Source: Myxococcota bacterium
GTDB lineage: Bacteria; Myxococcota_A; Polyangia; Nannocystales; Nannocystaceae
Direction: 5' to 3'
DNA length: 64,000 nt
Assembly (NCBI GenBank): GCA_039028615.1
Contig: JBCCHT010000008.1
Coordinates: forward strand, 226,345-290,344
The notes under the pieces are model-generated. The model was not told where the DNA came from. It made no database searches and was given only the letters and a program-made list of their open reading frames with translations. Below are positions 49,189-59,115 of this stretch, piece by piece (positions within the stretch are counted from its first letter, which is position 1; the number at the start of each line of letters is the position of its first letter). Made by a program: the position numbers and the translations under genes.

Positions 49189-50130
49189 TCACGTCGCGTC
49201 GTCGGGCTCGTCGGTACTGCTCAGCCGTTCCCAGGCGCGGACCATGTCGTCGGGCACGGGGGCGTCGAAGTGCAGTCGTCGGCCGTCGCGATGATCCAAG
49301 CTCAGCCGAGCGGCATGCAGTAGCGGTCGCGCCCCGGTCGGACGGCGTTCACCCGACCGCGACGGCCCATAGAGCTCGTCCCACACCAGCGGGTGTCCCT
49401 CGCTGGCCAGGTGAACGCGGATCTGGTGCCGACGCCCGGTATGCAGATCGATGGACAGCCACGAGACCCGGTCGGTGCTGCGGACCACCTCGACATCGGT
49501 ACGCGAGGCCTTGCCCCCCTCCCCGACCCACGACAGGCGCTCGGGCGGCACATGGATCGGGGTCTCGATGCGCATCGAGCCGGGCACCTGGCCGTGCACG
49601 ATCGCCACGTAGCGCTTGCGGGTCGTACGGGCGGCGAACTGCTTGGTGTAGAAGTCGACCAAGCGCCGTCGCTTGGCGAAGGCCACGGCCCCGCTGGTGG
49701 TGCGGTCGAGGCGATGCAGCACCGAGGGCTCGACCTGGGGATCGGGTTGCTCGTGCCGGTAGTAGTGCACCAGTCGACGCTGCAGGTTGCGGTACTGGCA
49801 GGTCGAGGCGGGGTGCACCGCAAGGTCGCCGGACTTGTCGACCACCACCAGGTCGTCGTCCTCGTGGAGGATCCGCAGCTCGATCGCCCCCAGGTCGATC
49901 TGCGCGTCGGGGCTCGCGGGCACGGTCAGCTCGACCACGTCGCCGGGGGTCAGTCGATGGGCCTTCTTGCGCACCACCCGACGATTGACCACCACCGCGC
50001 CCTGGCCCAGCAGCTCCACGATCGAGCGTCTGGACCGCCACGGCATCTGCATGGCGATGAACATGTCGACCCGCAGGTAAGCGTGAGCGTCGGCCACCGT
50101 CAGCGCGACGGTCTGCGTTGCGGGCGTCAC
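49189..50130 (-). CDS. RluA/RluD-family pseudouridine synthase (start approximate)
   Basis: S4-like N-terminus, VVDKSGDLAVHP, LHRLDRTTSG, TGRRHQIRVHL, LHAARL. Confidence 0.92.
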   Translation of the reverse strand: MTPATQTVALTVADAHAYLRVDMFIAMQMPWRSRRSIVELLGQGAVVVNRRVVRKKAHRLTPGDVVELTVPASPDAQIDLGAIELRILHEDDDLVVVDKSGDLAVHPASTCQYRNLQRRLVHYYRHEQPDPQVEPSVLHRLDRTTSGAVAFAKRRRLVDFYTKQFAARTTRKRYVAIVHGQVPGSMRIETPIHVPPERLSWVGEGGKASRTDVEVVRSTDRVSWLSIDLHTGRRHQIRVHLASEGHPLVWDELYGPSRSGERRPTGARPLLHAARLSLDHRDGRRLHFDAPVPDDMVRAWERLSSTDEPDDAT

Positions 50131-50168
50131 CGCGGCCGATGCTACCCCACCGTGGTACATCCCCCTCG

Positions 50169-50705
50169 ATGTCCGAGCCCATCCCGCCCAAGTTCTACGC
50201 CGAGGAGGCCGAGTTCCCCGAGCGCATCGAGCTGCGGCCGATCGGGGTGGTGCGCTCGCCTCACAAAGAGCGCCACGGGACCCCACGACAGGCGGTGCTT
50301 CCGGCCGACCCCGCCCTGCGCCCGGACGAGCGCACGATCATCGAGCTGTTCCCCTCCATCCTCACCCCGCACGCGGTCGAGGACCTCGAGGGCTTCGACC
50401 TCATCTGGGTCGTGGCGTGGATGCACCTCAACCACGGCTGGCGCAACAAGGTCTCCGTGCCGGGCGAGGGGCGTCGCAAGTCCCGCGGCCTGCTGTCCAC
50501 CCGGGCCCCGCACCGCCCCAACCCGATCTCGCTGTCCGCGGTGCGCCTGCTCGAGGTCCGCGGCCTGCAGCTGCACCTCGAGCGCAGCGATCTGCTCGAC
50601 GGCACCCCCGTGCTCGACATCAAGCCCTACGTTCCCTACACGGATGCCTTCGCCGACGCGCGCGCCGGTTGGGTGGACGAACGCGGGCCGGCGCCACAAA
50701 ACTGA
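50169..50705 (+). CDS. tsaA: tRNA m6t6A37 methyltransferase TrmO/TsaA family
   Basis: PIGVVRSP, STRAPHRPNPISLS, DLLDGTPVLDIKPY. Confidence 0.88.
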   Translation: MSEPIPPKFYAEEAEFPERIELRPIGVVRSPHKERHGTPRQAVLPADPALRPDERTIIELFPSILTPHAVEDLEGFDLIWVVAWMHLNHGWRNKVSVPGEGRRKSRGLLSTRAPHRPNPISLSAVRLLEVRGLQLHLERSDLLDGTPVLDIKPYVPYTDAFADARAGWVDERGPAPQN

Positions 50706-50783
50706 TCGCAAATACAACCGATCGCCTCGGTCGTGCGTTGGTCGCTCGGCCCCCGATTTGCGGATGGGCACGCGAGGCGATCG

Positions 50784-52232
50784 ATGAAGCGCAGAACCTT
50801 CTTCAGCATGAGTGTAGTGGGCCTGGCGGCCGTGGGGACCTGCTCGCTGTGGAAGCGCGACCCCGAGCCGCCGCTGCAGCTGGTGTCCCTGAGCGCGCAG
50901 CAATCCCGCCAGTTCGTGCCGGCCGAGGTCGGGACGGAGCTGTGGGCGGTGCTGCGGATCGACGTCGACGAGGGCCCCACCGAGGATCGACCGCCCGTGC
51001 ACGTGGGCCTGGTGGTCGACACCTCGGGCTCGATGGAAGGCGCCCCGATCGAGGCCGCGCGCAGTGCGGCCGCCGAGCTCATCGGCTCGCTGCAGGACGG
51101 CGACCGGCTCACGGTGGTCACCTTCGATTCGAAGGCCGAGCTGGTGGTGGCCAATGTCGAGATCGACGACGACACCCGCGACGAGAGCCTCGAGAAGGTG
51201 GCCGAGATCGCAGCGGGCGGCACCACCGATCTCGCGGCCGGCCTGCACGCGGCCATCGAAGACCTGCGGCCGCATGTGGTGCAGGGCCGAGTCACGCGCC
51301 TGGTGCTGCTGAGCGACGGCGTGCCCAACGACGCCTCGTCCATTCCTTCTGCCGTCGCCCAGGCCAGCTCGATGGGCATCACCGTCACCGCGCTGGGCTT
51401 CGGCCTCGACTACGACGAGGGGCAGCTGGCCTCCATCGCGCAGCAGACGGGCGGCACGTTCCACTTCCTCGAGCAGCCGGAGGCCCTGGTGCCCCTGTTC
51501 CGCGAGGAAAACCTGCGCCTGCAGGGCATCGCCGCCCAGGAGATCGTGCTGACCCTGACCACCGGTCCCAACGTGGAGCTGATGGAGGTGGTCGGCCAAT
51601 CCTATGCCCTGCCCCAGCCACGCATCTTCATGGGGCTGGGCGATCTGAGCCGCGGCCAAGAGCGGGTGGTGGTGGTGCGACTGCGGGTCGGTCCCCATCG
51701 CGCGGGCGCACCGGTCGAGCTGCTCGATGGCCTGCTCACCTACCGTGACCCACGGAGCGGCCAGACGATCGAGCTCGACGTGTTCTTGTCCGCGCGGGCC
51801 GAAGACGACGCCGCCGTGTTGGCCGAGTCGATCGATCCCGCGGTCGAGCGCGAGATCGAGAATGCCAAGGCGGCCGCGATGACCCTGCACGCCATCTCGC
51901 TGTATCGGGACGGCAACCCGCACGAGGCGAGCGCGGTGCTGGGCAAGGCGATTCCTCAGGCGGCGGCGATCAGCGGTCGGCTCGACGACTCGCGGCTGCA
52001 GGAGCAGACCAGCAACATGGTGAAGCTGGCCGAGGCCATCGCCGAGGACGAGGAGGCATTCGAGCGCACCGAGCCCGAAGAGGAACTCGCGCAGCCCGAC
52101 TTGCACAACCCCTTCCACGCGAGGACCAAGGCCCCCGCCAAGCAAGGCCTCGCGGGGAAGCGGGCCCTCCGTCAGGCCCACGGCGACGCGATGGTGAACT
52201 TCCAGGCGCGACCCAACTCCGCGAAGAAGTGA
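50784..52232 (+). CDS. VWA-domain protein with a Tat-like signal
   Basis: MKRRTFF; MIDAS DTSGSM, GGTTDL, LLSDG, GFGLDYDE. Confidence 0.9.
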   Translation: MKRRTFFSMSVVGLAAVGTCSLWKRDPEPPLQLVSLSAQQSRQFVPAEVGTELWAVLRIDVDEGPTEDRPPVHVGLVVDTSGSMEGAPIEAARSAAAELIGSLQDGDRLTVVTFDSKAELVVANVEIDDDTRDESLEKVAEIAAGGTTDLAAGLHAAIEDLRPHVVQGRVTRLVLLSDGVPNDASSIPSAVAQASSMGITVTALGFGLDYDEGQLASIAQQTGGTFHFLEQPEALVPLFREENLRLQGIAAQEIVLTLTTGPNVELMEVVGQSYALPQPRIFMGLGDLSRGQERVVVVRLRVGPHRAGAPVELLDGLLTYRDPRSGQTIELDVFLSARAEDDAAVLAESIDPAVEREIENAKAAAMTLHAISLYRDGNPHEASAVLGKAIPQAAAISGRLDDSRLQEQTSNMVKLAEAIAEDEEAFERTEPEEELAQPDLHNPFHARTKAPAKQGLAGKRALRQAHGDAMVNFQARPNSAKK

Positions 52233-52250
52233 GGGCCGCGCCCGCCTCGC

Positions 52251-53783
52251 TCAGGGGGCCATGAACACCGAGATGGTGTCCCTGAAGCTCGAGGCGATCA
52301 GGATGTCGTGGTAGACCATGAGCGCCGCATCGCCCTGGTCGTTGGCCGTCAGACTCCAGATGTTGTCGAGGGAGGAGACCTCGGTGAGGTCGGTCGGGCC
52401 CCACACGCCGAGGTCGGCGTCGTAGCAGCGGGTCGCGAACCCGGTCCCGCCCTCGTAGGCCACGATGGCATGGCCGCCGCCGTTGACCGCCAGCAGGGGC
52501 CAGCCGGCGTTGATCTCGGAGATCAGCTCGGGCTCGCTCCAGGCCTGCGTCGCGGCGCCGTAGCGGGCCGCCCACAGGTCGTTGCCGCCGCCGGAGAACA
52601 CCCGCCAGATCGCGATCACGTTGCCGCCGACGTCCATCTGCACCCGTACGTTGCCGAGCTGCCCGTCCTCGGGCGTAAAGAACGGCGTCCCCGTGGTCCA
52701 GCTCCCGGTGGCGGCATCGTAGACGTGCGCCCGCAGCTCGGTGGTCCGCGCCACGACGACCAAGTCCCCGGCTTCGTTGCCGGCCACGTAGGGCTGCGCC
52801 CCGTCGCCGATGCTCACGCTCTCGGTCCAGCCCGAGGCGGGGTCGTACATCGCGGTGTAGAGCCCCGCATCGAGGCCCGAGCGTCGCCACGCCGCCAGGG
52901 CCCAGCCGGACCCGTACGAGGCGACCGAGAGGTCGTGAAGCTCGCTCGGGCCGATGGGGGCCGCCATCAGCTGGTGCACCGAGCCCCATGTACCCGTCGT
53001 GGCGTTGTAGCGCCGGGCCCACGAGGTGTTGTCGTGCTCCTCCCACACCTCCACGATGTTGCCTTGCGGCCCCATCGTGAGCGCATGGTCGCGCAACAGC
53101 TGGAACGACTGCCCGCTGCCGCCGATGAGCAAGGGGTCCTCCCAACCGGTCGCGGTATCGAATCGCACGCCGTAGACGACATTCCGGCTGGTCCAGCCGT
53201 GCCACGAGTTGCCCATCGCATCGGACCCGACGGCGTGGCGATTGGAATCGAACACCGTGGTCGTGGTGAGGACGTCACCCGCGTCCCAGGTGCGGGCCAC
53301 GGGGTCGTAGCGATTGCGGCGGACGAAGTACTCCAAGACGGTGGTCTCCGCGATCACCGACGAGACCGCCCCCGTGGCGTCCATCGCGAGCGTCCCGCCC
53401 AGATAGTTCATACCGGTGTCGGGCTTCATGGTGACGATATCGGGGGGCGACCACACGCAGTCGAAGGGCATGGGGACCGCGGGTGGGTCGCCCGTGCTGC
53501 CCGTCTCGTCGCCCGTGTCCTCGTCTGCGGTCGTGCCTCCGTCGTCGCTCCCGCTGCTCGATTCGGCGCCCGGCCCGGTGCTGTCGGCCACCGACGAGGT
53601 CGACGCATCGTTGGTGTCGCCCCCGCTCGTCGACATCGGCCCCCCGGTACCCGGCGGCGTGCTCCCGGTCGTGCCTTCGGACCCGGTCGACGCGCCGTCG
53701 GCCGCGGGCTCGGGGTCCCCACAGGCCACGAGCCCCAGTGCACAGACCATCCCCACGAAACCGCCGACCCGCCGAAAATTCAT
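52251..53783 (-). CDS. Lipoprotein with an S/T linker and beta-propeller-like repeats
   Basis: Lipobox LVAC; repeated GN....W....A.RYD..TG.W units. Confidence 0.8.
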   Translation of the reverse strand: MNFRRVGGFVGMVCALGLVACGDPEPAADGASTGSEGTTGSTPPGTGGPMSTSGGDTNDASTSSVADSTGPGAESSSGSDDGGTTADEDTGDETGSTGDPPAVPMPFDCVWSPPDIVTMKPDTGMNYLGGTLAMDATGAVSSVIAETTVLEYFVRRNRYDPVARTWDAGDVLTTTTVFDSNRHAVGSDAMGNSWHGWTSRNVVYGVRFDTATGWEDPLLIGGSGQSFQLLRDHALTMGPQGNIVEVWEEHDNTSWARRYNATTGTWGSVHQLMAAPIGPSELHDLSVASYGSGWALAAWRRSGLDAGLYTAMYDPASGWTESVSIGDGAQPYVAGNEAGDLVVVARTTELRAHVYDAATGSWTTGTPFFTPEDGQLGNVRVQMDVGGNVIAIWRVFSGGGNDLWAARYGAATQAWSEPELISEINAGWPLLAVNGGGHAIVAYEGGTGFATRCYDADLGVWGPTDLTEVSSLDNIWSLTANDQGDAALMVYHDILIASSFRDTISVFMAP

Positions 53784-54101
53784 CGGACCATCGACGCGTC
53801 GGCCGACCCGCCTCTTCACTCGCCAAGCGGCCGGGAATGGCTCCATCGATGCTCGCCCGCGCCGACTGATGACCCAAACTCGGAGGCCCGCCGACGACCC
53901 CCGAGGTCGCGGGGCCCCGAGGCGGGGCACCTTGCCTCGGATTCGCGGTCGCGACGCCCGTGCGTGGTCGAATTGACGGATTCGAGAAGCCGGGGCATCG
54001 ATCCAGTGAACGCCGCGTGCGTGCTACGATCAGGCCGCCGGCCGGTTTCGCGCGCGCACGCCCAGTCGCCTCGCTCCGAACCTCACTTCGCCCTTGGCCC
54101 C

Positions 54102-55634
54102 ATGTCCTCGGCTGCCGACGGAAACGACCTGTCGGGCGTCACGCTCGACGGCCGCTACACCCTGCTCCGCAAGCTCGGCGAGGGCGCGATGGGCTTGGTG
54201 TACGACGCCCATCACAAGTCGTTGCGCCGCCAAGTCGCGGTGAAGGTCCTGCACCCGTGGCTCGCCTCGGAGGAGAAGTACCGCCAGCGATTCATGCGCG
54301 AGGCTCGCGCGGCATCGAGGATCAAGCACCCCAACGTGGTCGAGATCCTCGATTGCGGCAAGACGCCCAACGACTCGGTCTACCTGGTCATGGAGTTCCT
54401 GCACGGCTGCGATCTCAAGGAGATCATCCGCCGCGAGAAGGTGCTGCCGTGGCCCCGCGCGCGTCACTTCTTGTTGCAGGCCGTCGCTGCCCTCCGCGAA
54501 GCGCATCGCGAGGACATCATCCATCGCGACATCAAGCCGGCGAACTGCTTCGTGTGCACGCCGCCCGAGCCGGGCATGCCCGAGCGCATGAAGCTGCTGG
54601 ACTTCGGCATCGCCAAGGTGGGCGAGGACCCAGGGGCGAGCGACGTGGGGATGAAGGGCATCACCCAGACCGGCGAGCTGGTGGGCACCCTGGCCTATAT
54701 GGCGCCCGAGTTCGCCGAGGGCCGCCCCGCGAGCATCCACTCGGACATGTACGCGCTGGGCATCACCGCGTATGAGCTGCTCACGGGCGAAGTGCCGTTT
54801 CGCGGGCGCAACGAGTTCCAGGTGCTCGCCCGCCACCTCAACGAGCCGCCCGTGCGGCCGCGGGTCAAGCAAGCCACCATCCCCATCGCGGTGGAGAAGG
54901 TCGTGCTGACCCTGCTGGCCAAAAAGCCCGAGGATCGGTTCACGTCGATGGCCGACCTCGAGCTGGCGCTGCTGGCCATCCCCGGCGACGTGAGCCCCGA
55001 CGCGCCGCTGGTCGTGCCCCGCGGCGGGCGAGACCGGGAAGGCAGCGGACCCAAGCTCGCCGCGCGCTCCCGTGAAGACAGCGGGCCCAAGCCGCCCGTG
55101 CGTCGCCGCGAGCCCAGCGGGCCCAAGCCGGGGGGTCCGCTGATCGAGCGCACCGACATCATCGCCCCCGCGGCCACCGAGGCCCCGCCGATCCGTCGCC
55201 GCGTGCCTTCGCCCGCGCCCGCCTCGGCTCCGTCGCCGCGCGGAGAATCGCACCCCGACATGCCGGCCGCCGACGGTGACCGCTGGGGTGAGATCCGCGA
55301 TCCGCACGAGTTCGACGACCCCAAGCCGCCCCGCGTCGAGTGGGGCACGGTGATCACCGTCGTGCTGCTGATCGGCCTGTCGGCGGCCGCGATCGCGTCG
55401 GTGGTGATCCGCCAGCGAGAACTCGCCGAGCCGCCGCCTGCCGTGGACCCGGCCCCCGTGGTCGCACCGTCCAACGAGCCGGGTACGGCGTCGCCGGATC
55501 CCCCCGCCCCGTCCACCGCCTCCGGTTCGGTCACCCCGGCCGCCGCCTCTGGCCCGGCGGAGCCGGCTTCGGGCTCGGGCCCGTCCGACGCGGCCTCGAG
55601 CGGGGCGTCCGGGGCCGGATCGACGTCGGGCTGA
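54102..55634 (+). CDS. Ser/Thr protein kinase with one transmembrane helix
   Basis: LGEGAMGLVY, VAVK, HRDIKPAN, DFG, GTLAYMAPE. Confidence 0.95.
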   Translation: MSSAADGNDLSGVTLDGRYTLLRKLGEGAMGLVYDAHHKSLRRQVAVKVLHPWLASEEKYRQRFMREARAASRIKHPNVVEILDCGKTPNDSVYLVMEFLHGCDLKEIIRREKVLPWPRARHFLLQAVAALREAHREDIIHRDIKPANCFVCTPPEPGMPERMKLLDFGIAKVGEDPGASDVGMKGITQTGELVGTLAYMAPEFAEGRPASIHSDMYALGITAYELLTGEVPFRGRNEFQVLARHLNEPPVRPRVKQATIPIAVEKVVLTLLAKKPEDRFTSMADLELALLAIPGDVSPDAPLVVPRGGRDREGSGPKLAARSREDSGPKPPVRRREPSGPKPGGPLIERTDIIAPAATEAPPIRRRVPSPAPASAPSPRGESHPDMPAADGDRWGEIRDPHEFDDPKPPRVEWGTVITVVLLIGLSAAAIASVVIRQRELAEPPPAVDPAPVVAPSNEPGTASPDPPAPSTASGSVTPAAASGPAEPASGSGPSDAASSGASGAGSTSG

Positions 55635-55935
55635 GCCCTCAATTTCGCGGACTGTGCGCCCCTCGGGCCCACGCCTCCGAGAATTCGTCCCCGAGCGAAA
55701 TTCGTCGGTCCAAAACCAGCCCGATGGGGACTATGGGCAGACGGGCCCGACCTCCCGGCCTGCTCCCTTCCCCACCGTTGCCTACCTCCGCCCCGGCCCA
55801 CCCTTGTCGATCTCCGTAGGCGTCTCGTGCGACTCTGTCGCCGCCGCATCGAGGCGTGACTCGGTTCACCAGGGCAACCCGTGGAACCCGAGTTCGCGCG
55901 CCTGCCGACGCGTCCCCCCTTTGCGACCCACTGTG

Positions 55936-56799
55936 ATGCCCGAGCCTTCGCTTCTCCTTCGTCTGTCCGCTCGCTCCTCGTGGACGGCGGCGGCACCCGC
56001 CGTCGTGGCGGCGATGGCCCTCGCCGTGCCGCTCGTCCCCGCGGTGGCCCACGGTCACGCCTGGGTGCGCCCCGGGGTCGTGGTCGAGCAGGACGGGCGC
56101 GTCGCCGTGGACGCGACCGAGATCGGCACCATGCACAAGGCCACGGTGGAGGACATCTCGGTCCAGGCCACCAAGGTCGTCGTCGATGCCCAGATCGACC
56201 CCGCCGCGGTCCGGATCTCGTTCGTCGAGGTCGATCCGGTCGAGATCATCCGCGGGGTCCGCGTCTCCATCGTCACGCCCGAGGCTGCCGTCAGCGACCC
56301 CGGGGGCGACCCGCGCGGCCCGCTGCTCACGCAGTGCACCGCCTGCCCCGACGCCGAGCTCGGCGGGCTGGCGGTCGAGGCCATGCTGGCCGCCGTCGAC
56401 GAGCATCGGGCCCTCGTGAAGCAAGCGCAGGAGGCCGCGGCCGCCTCCGAGCCCGAGCCCGAACCGGAGCCCGAGCCCGAACCGGAGCCCGAGCCCGAGC
56501 CCGAGCCCGCGCGGGGCAACAAGCTCGGCCCCGTAGGCTGGGCAGGCGTGTCCCTGCTGGCCGTCGGCCTCGGAGCGGTGGTCGGCGGCGCGGTGATTGC
56601 CGTCCCCGAGCCCGCCGCCGATGCCCCGGCCGCCCTGCGCCCCACCGGCTTCGTCCTCGTCGGGGGTGGCACCGCGGCCCTGCTGTCCGGCGCCATGCTG
56701 CTCACCATCGACCGCCGTCGCGCCCGGCGTTCGTCGCTGTCGTTCGCGCCCTCGTACAACGCCCGCTTCCGCGGAATGGTCGTGAGCGGTCGTTTCTAA
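55936..56799 (+). CDS. Exported protein with a (PE)n linker, hydrophobic hairpin and terminal Phe
   Basis: Signal-like N-terminus, CxxC, EPEPEP tract, ends VSGRF*. Confidence 0.8.
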   Translation: MPEPSLLLRLSARSSWTAAAPAVVAAMALAVPLVPAVAHGHAWVRPGVVVEQDGRVAVDATEIGTMHKATVEDISVQATKVVVDAQIDPAAVRISFVEVDPVEIIRGVRVSIVTPEAAVSDPGGDPRGPLLTQCTACPDAELGGLAVEAMLAAVDEHRALVKQAQEAAAASEPEPEPEPEPEPEPEPEPEPARGNKLGPVGWAGVSLLAVGLGAVVGGAVIAVPEPAADAPAALRPTGFVLVGGGTAALLSGAMLLTIDRRRARRSSLSFAPSYNARFRGMVVSGRF

Positions 56800-56801
56800 C
56801 C

Positions 56802-59084
56802 ATGGTCGAGCCACTCCAAGCCGGGACCGTCATCGGTGACTACGAGCTCGTGCGCTCGATCGGTCGCGGCGGCATGGCCGAGGTCTGGGTCGCGCGGCGC
56901 CGCAGCGACCGTCGGGCGAGCAAGTACGTCGCGATCAAGGTCATCGCCGACCAGTACGTCGGCGACCCCCGGTACCAGCGCATGTTCGGGTCCGAGGCCG
57001 ACCTCGCCGCGCTGCTCAACCACACCAATATCGTCCAGGTCTTCGACGAAGGCGAAGACCACGGCCGCAGCTTCCTGGTCATGGAGTGGGTCGATGGCGT
57101 CAACCTGCTCAAGGTCGCCGCCGCCCTCACCTTCGTCGACGACGAGCAGTGGCGCTACAAGGTCATCTCATACATCGTCGGCCAGCTGCTCTACGCGCTG
57201 AACTACGCCCACAGCATCACCCTGCACGACGGCAACCCGCTGGGCATCGTGCACCGCGACGTCTCCCCGCAAAACGTGCTCATCAGCACCCAGGGCGAGG
57301 TCAAGCTCACCGACTTCGGCGTGGCCCACTACGTGCTGGAGGAGAGCTCGGGCATCCACGTCAAAGGCAAGGTCCGCTACATGTCGCCCGAGCAGATCTC
57401 GGGCAAGGGCCGCGACCCTCGGCTCGACCTGTACGCGGTAGGGGCCATCCTGCACGAGCTGCTCGACGGGCGTCGCTTCCGACACCACATCGAAGATCAG
57501 CGGGAAATGTACCTGGAGGCGCTGGGCGGAAAGATTCCTGCCATGTCGCGCCCCATTCCCCCCGAGCTCGACGCGCTGCGGCGTGCCCTGCTCGAGCCCG
57601 AGCTCGACCGGCGGGTGCCCAATGCCGACGCCGCGCTGGAGATGCTCTCGCGGTTTCCCGGGCACGGCGACGCCCGGCGCGAGCTGACCGAGCTGTGCAG
57701 CTCCGTCACCGGGGTGATGAAGCCACGGGTCGGTCCGCAGGGGGCTCCGCCCGCCAGCGGGTCGAGTCCCGGGCAAGCCGCTTCGGGCATCCCCGGGCTG
57801 ACCCCGTCATCGGGCCCGGCCGTGGGTGCCAACGGTCCGACCGGGTCGGGCTCGGCCGCCGCCGCCTCGCCCTCCGGTCCGGCCGCGCAGGGCATGAGCC
57901 CCTCTTCGGGTCCGGCCGCGCAGGGCATGAGCCCCGCTTCGGGTCCGGCCCACGCGGGTGCCGTCCCGCCCTCGGGGCCCGCCGCCTCGGCCGGGGTCCC
58001 CTCCAATCCCGTTCCGTCCGCGCGGCTGCTCTCGCCGCGCCAGGCCGTGCCCGCTGGGGTGCCGCAGCAGCGCTCGCAGCCCATCAGCACCGTGCCCATG
58101 CCCGGTGCCCAAGGGTCCGACGCCATGGCGACGGGCTCTCGGCGTCGGCCTGGCGACTCGGGAGCCAACGTGCACCCGGCCGATGCCTCCGCCACCTGGA
58201 CGCCGTCGCTCCAGCGCGAACCGGCCCTGCCCGCGCCGCAGACGGACCCCACCGAGCTCGTCGAGCCGGTCGCCGCTCCGCGCCCGCTCCGAGCGAGTCC
58301 TTCCGCACCGATCGTCGAGCTCTCCGACAGCGCGCTGCCCGAGACCCGGCTCTCCCGTCGGCCCGTCGCCGCCCCGGTCCCGCGCAAGTCGGGACAGGCC
58401 CTGCAGTGGACCCTCTTCGGGATGGCCATCGTCGTGCTGATCGCCGCCGGGGCGGGGACCTGGTGGTACCTGTTCGGTCGCACCGACGCTCCCGAGACCT
58501 CCGCCGCCGTAGCCCAGGCGCCCGCGACCGACGACGGTGACAAAAAAGCTCCGGCTGCCGCCGCGGCCCCTGCCCCCGCCGAAGTCGAACCGCCGCCCTT
58601 CGACGAGCCCGCCGAGCAGCCCGCTCAACCCGGCAACGATGCGGCCCAGCCCACCGCCGATGCAGCCGAACCACCGCCGAGCGACGCGGCCGAAGCCGAC
58701 CCGCCCCCCGCCGATCCGGCCACCGACGAAGCGCCGCCACCCGCGGGCGAAACAGCCCCTTCCGCCGAAGAACCCAAGCCCGAAGAGCCCAAGCCCACCA
58801 CCCGCCGTCGCCCCCGTTCCGCGCTGAGCATCGCGGCCAGCAAGGACATGGGCACCGTCAACGTACGCATCAAGAGCAAGGACGGCAGCGTCCGCAAGAG
58901 CTACGAGTTCTCCGCGCTCAAACCGGTGGGTCGATTGCCGACCGGTCGATACACCGTCTCCTGGCGCCGAGCCGGCACCTCGGCGTGGAGCAACGGTAGC
59001 TTCGTACTCAAGGCCAAATGCGACCTCCGCCTGGTCATCAAGCCCACTGGAATGAAGCCGACCTACCTCGGCACATGTGGGTGA
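56802..59084 (+). CDS. Ser/Thr protein kinase with a transmembrane helix and C-terminal beta domain
   Basis: IGRGGMAEVW, HRDVSPQN, DFG, GKVRYMSPEQ. Confidence 0.95.
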   Translation: MVEPLQAGTVIGDYELVRSIGRGGMAEVWVARRRSDRRASKYVAIKVIADQYVGDPRYQRMFGSEADLAALLNHTNIVQVFDEGEDHGRSFLVMEWVDGVNLLKVAAALTFVDDEQWRYKVISYIVGQLLYALNYAHSITLHDGNPLGIVHRDVSPQNVLISTQGEVKLTDFGVAHYVLEESSGIHVKGKVRYMSPEQISGKGRDPRLDLYAVGAILHELLDGRRFRHHIEDQREMYLEALGGKIPAMSRPIPPELDALRRALLEPELDRRVPNADAALEMLSRFPGHGDARRELTELCSSVTGVMKPRVGPQGAPPASGSSPGQAASGIPGLTPSSGPAVGANGPTGSGSAAAASPSGPAAQGMSPSSGPAAQGMSPASGPAHAGAVPPSGPAASAGVPSNPVPSARLLSPRQAVPAGVPQQRSQPISTVPMPGAQGSDAMATGSRRRPGDSGANVHPADASATWTPSLQREPALPAPQTDPTELVEPVAAPRPLRASPSAPIVELSDSALPETRLSRRPVAAPVPRKSGQALQWTLFGMAIVVLIAAGAGTWWYLFGRTDAPETSAAVAQAPATDDGDKKAPAAAAAPAPAEVEPPPFDEPAEQPAQPGNDAAQPTADAAEPPPSDAAEADPPPADPATDEAPPPAGETAPSAEEPKPEEPKPTTRRRPRSALSIAASKDMGTVNVRIKSKDGSVRKSYEFSALKPVGRLPTGRYTVSWRRAGTSAWSNGSFVLKAKCDLRLVIKPTGMKPTYLGTCG
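57876..57950 (+). repeat. 33-bp coding tandem repeat (about 2.3 copies)
   Basis: ggtccggccgcgcagggcatgagcccc(t/g)cttcg, encoding GPAAQGMSP(S/A)S. Confidence 0.85.
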
Positions 59085-59115
59085 TTTGAGCTACGCTCCC
59101 CCCCACGACGGTGCC

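Noticed and set aside
52308..54101. Long N-terminal extensions on kinase ORFs (52308 and 55881 starts) and on the FG-GAP ORF (11035 start)
   Set aside because: They overlap other real genes; better starts are 54102, 56802 and 11902.
56448..56508. gagccc microsatellites (also about 61394-61462) and the GA-coding tract near 8390-8420 as phase-variation sites
   Set aside because: Six-bp units keep the frame and encode ordinary PE or GA linkers.
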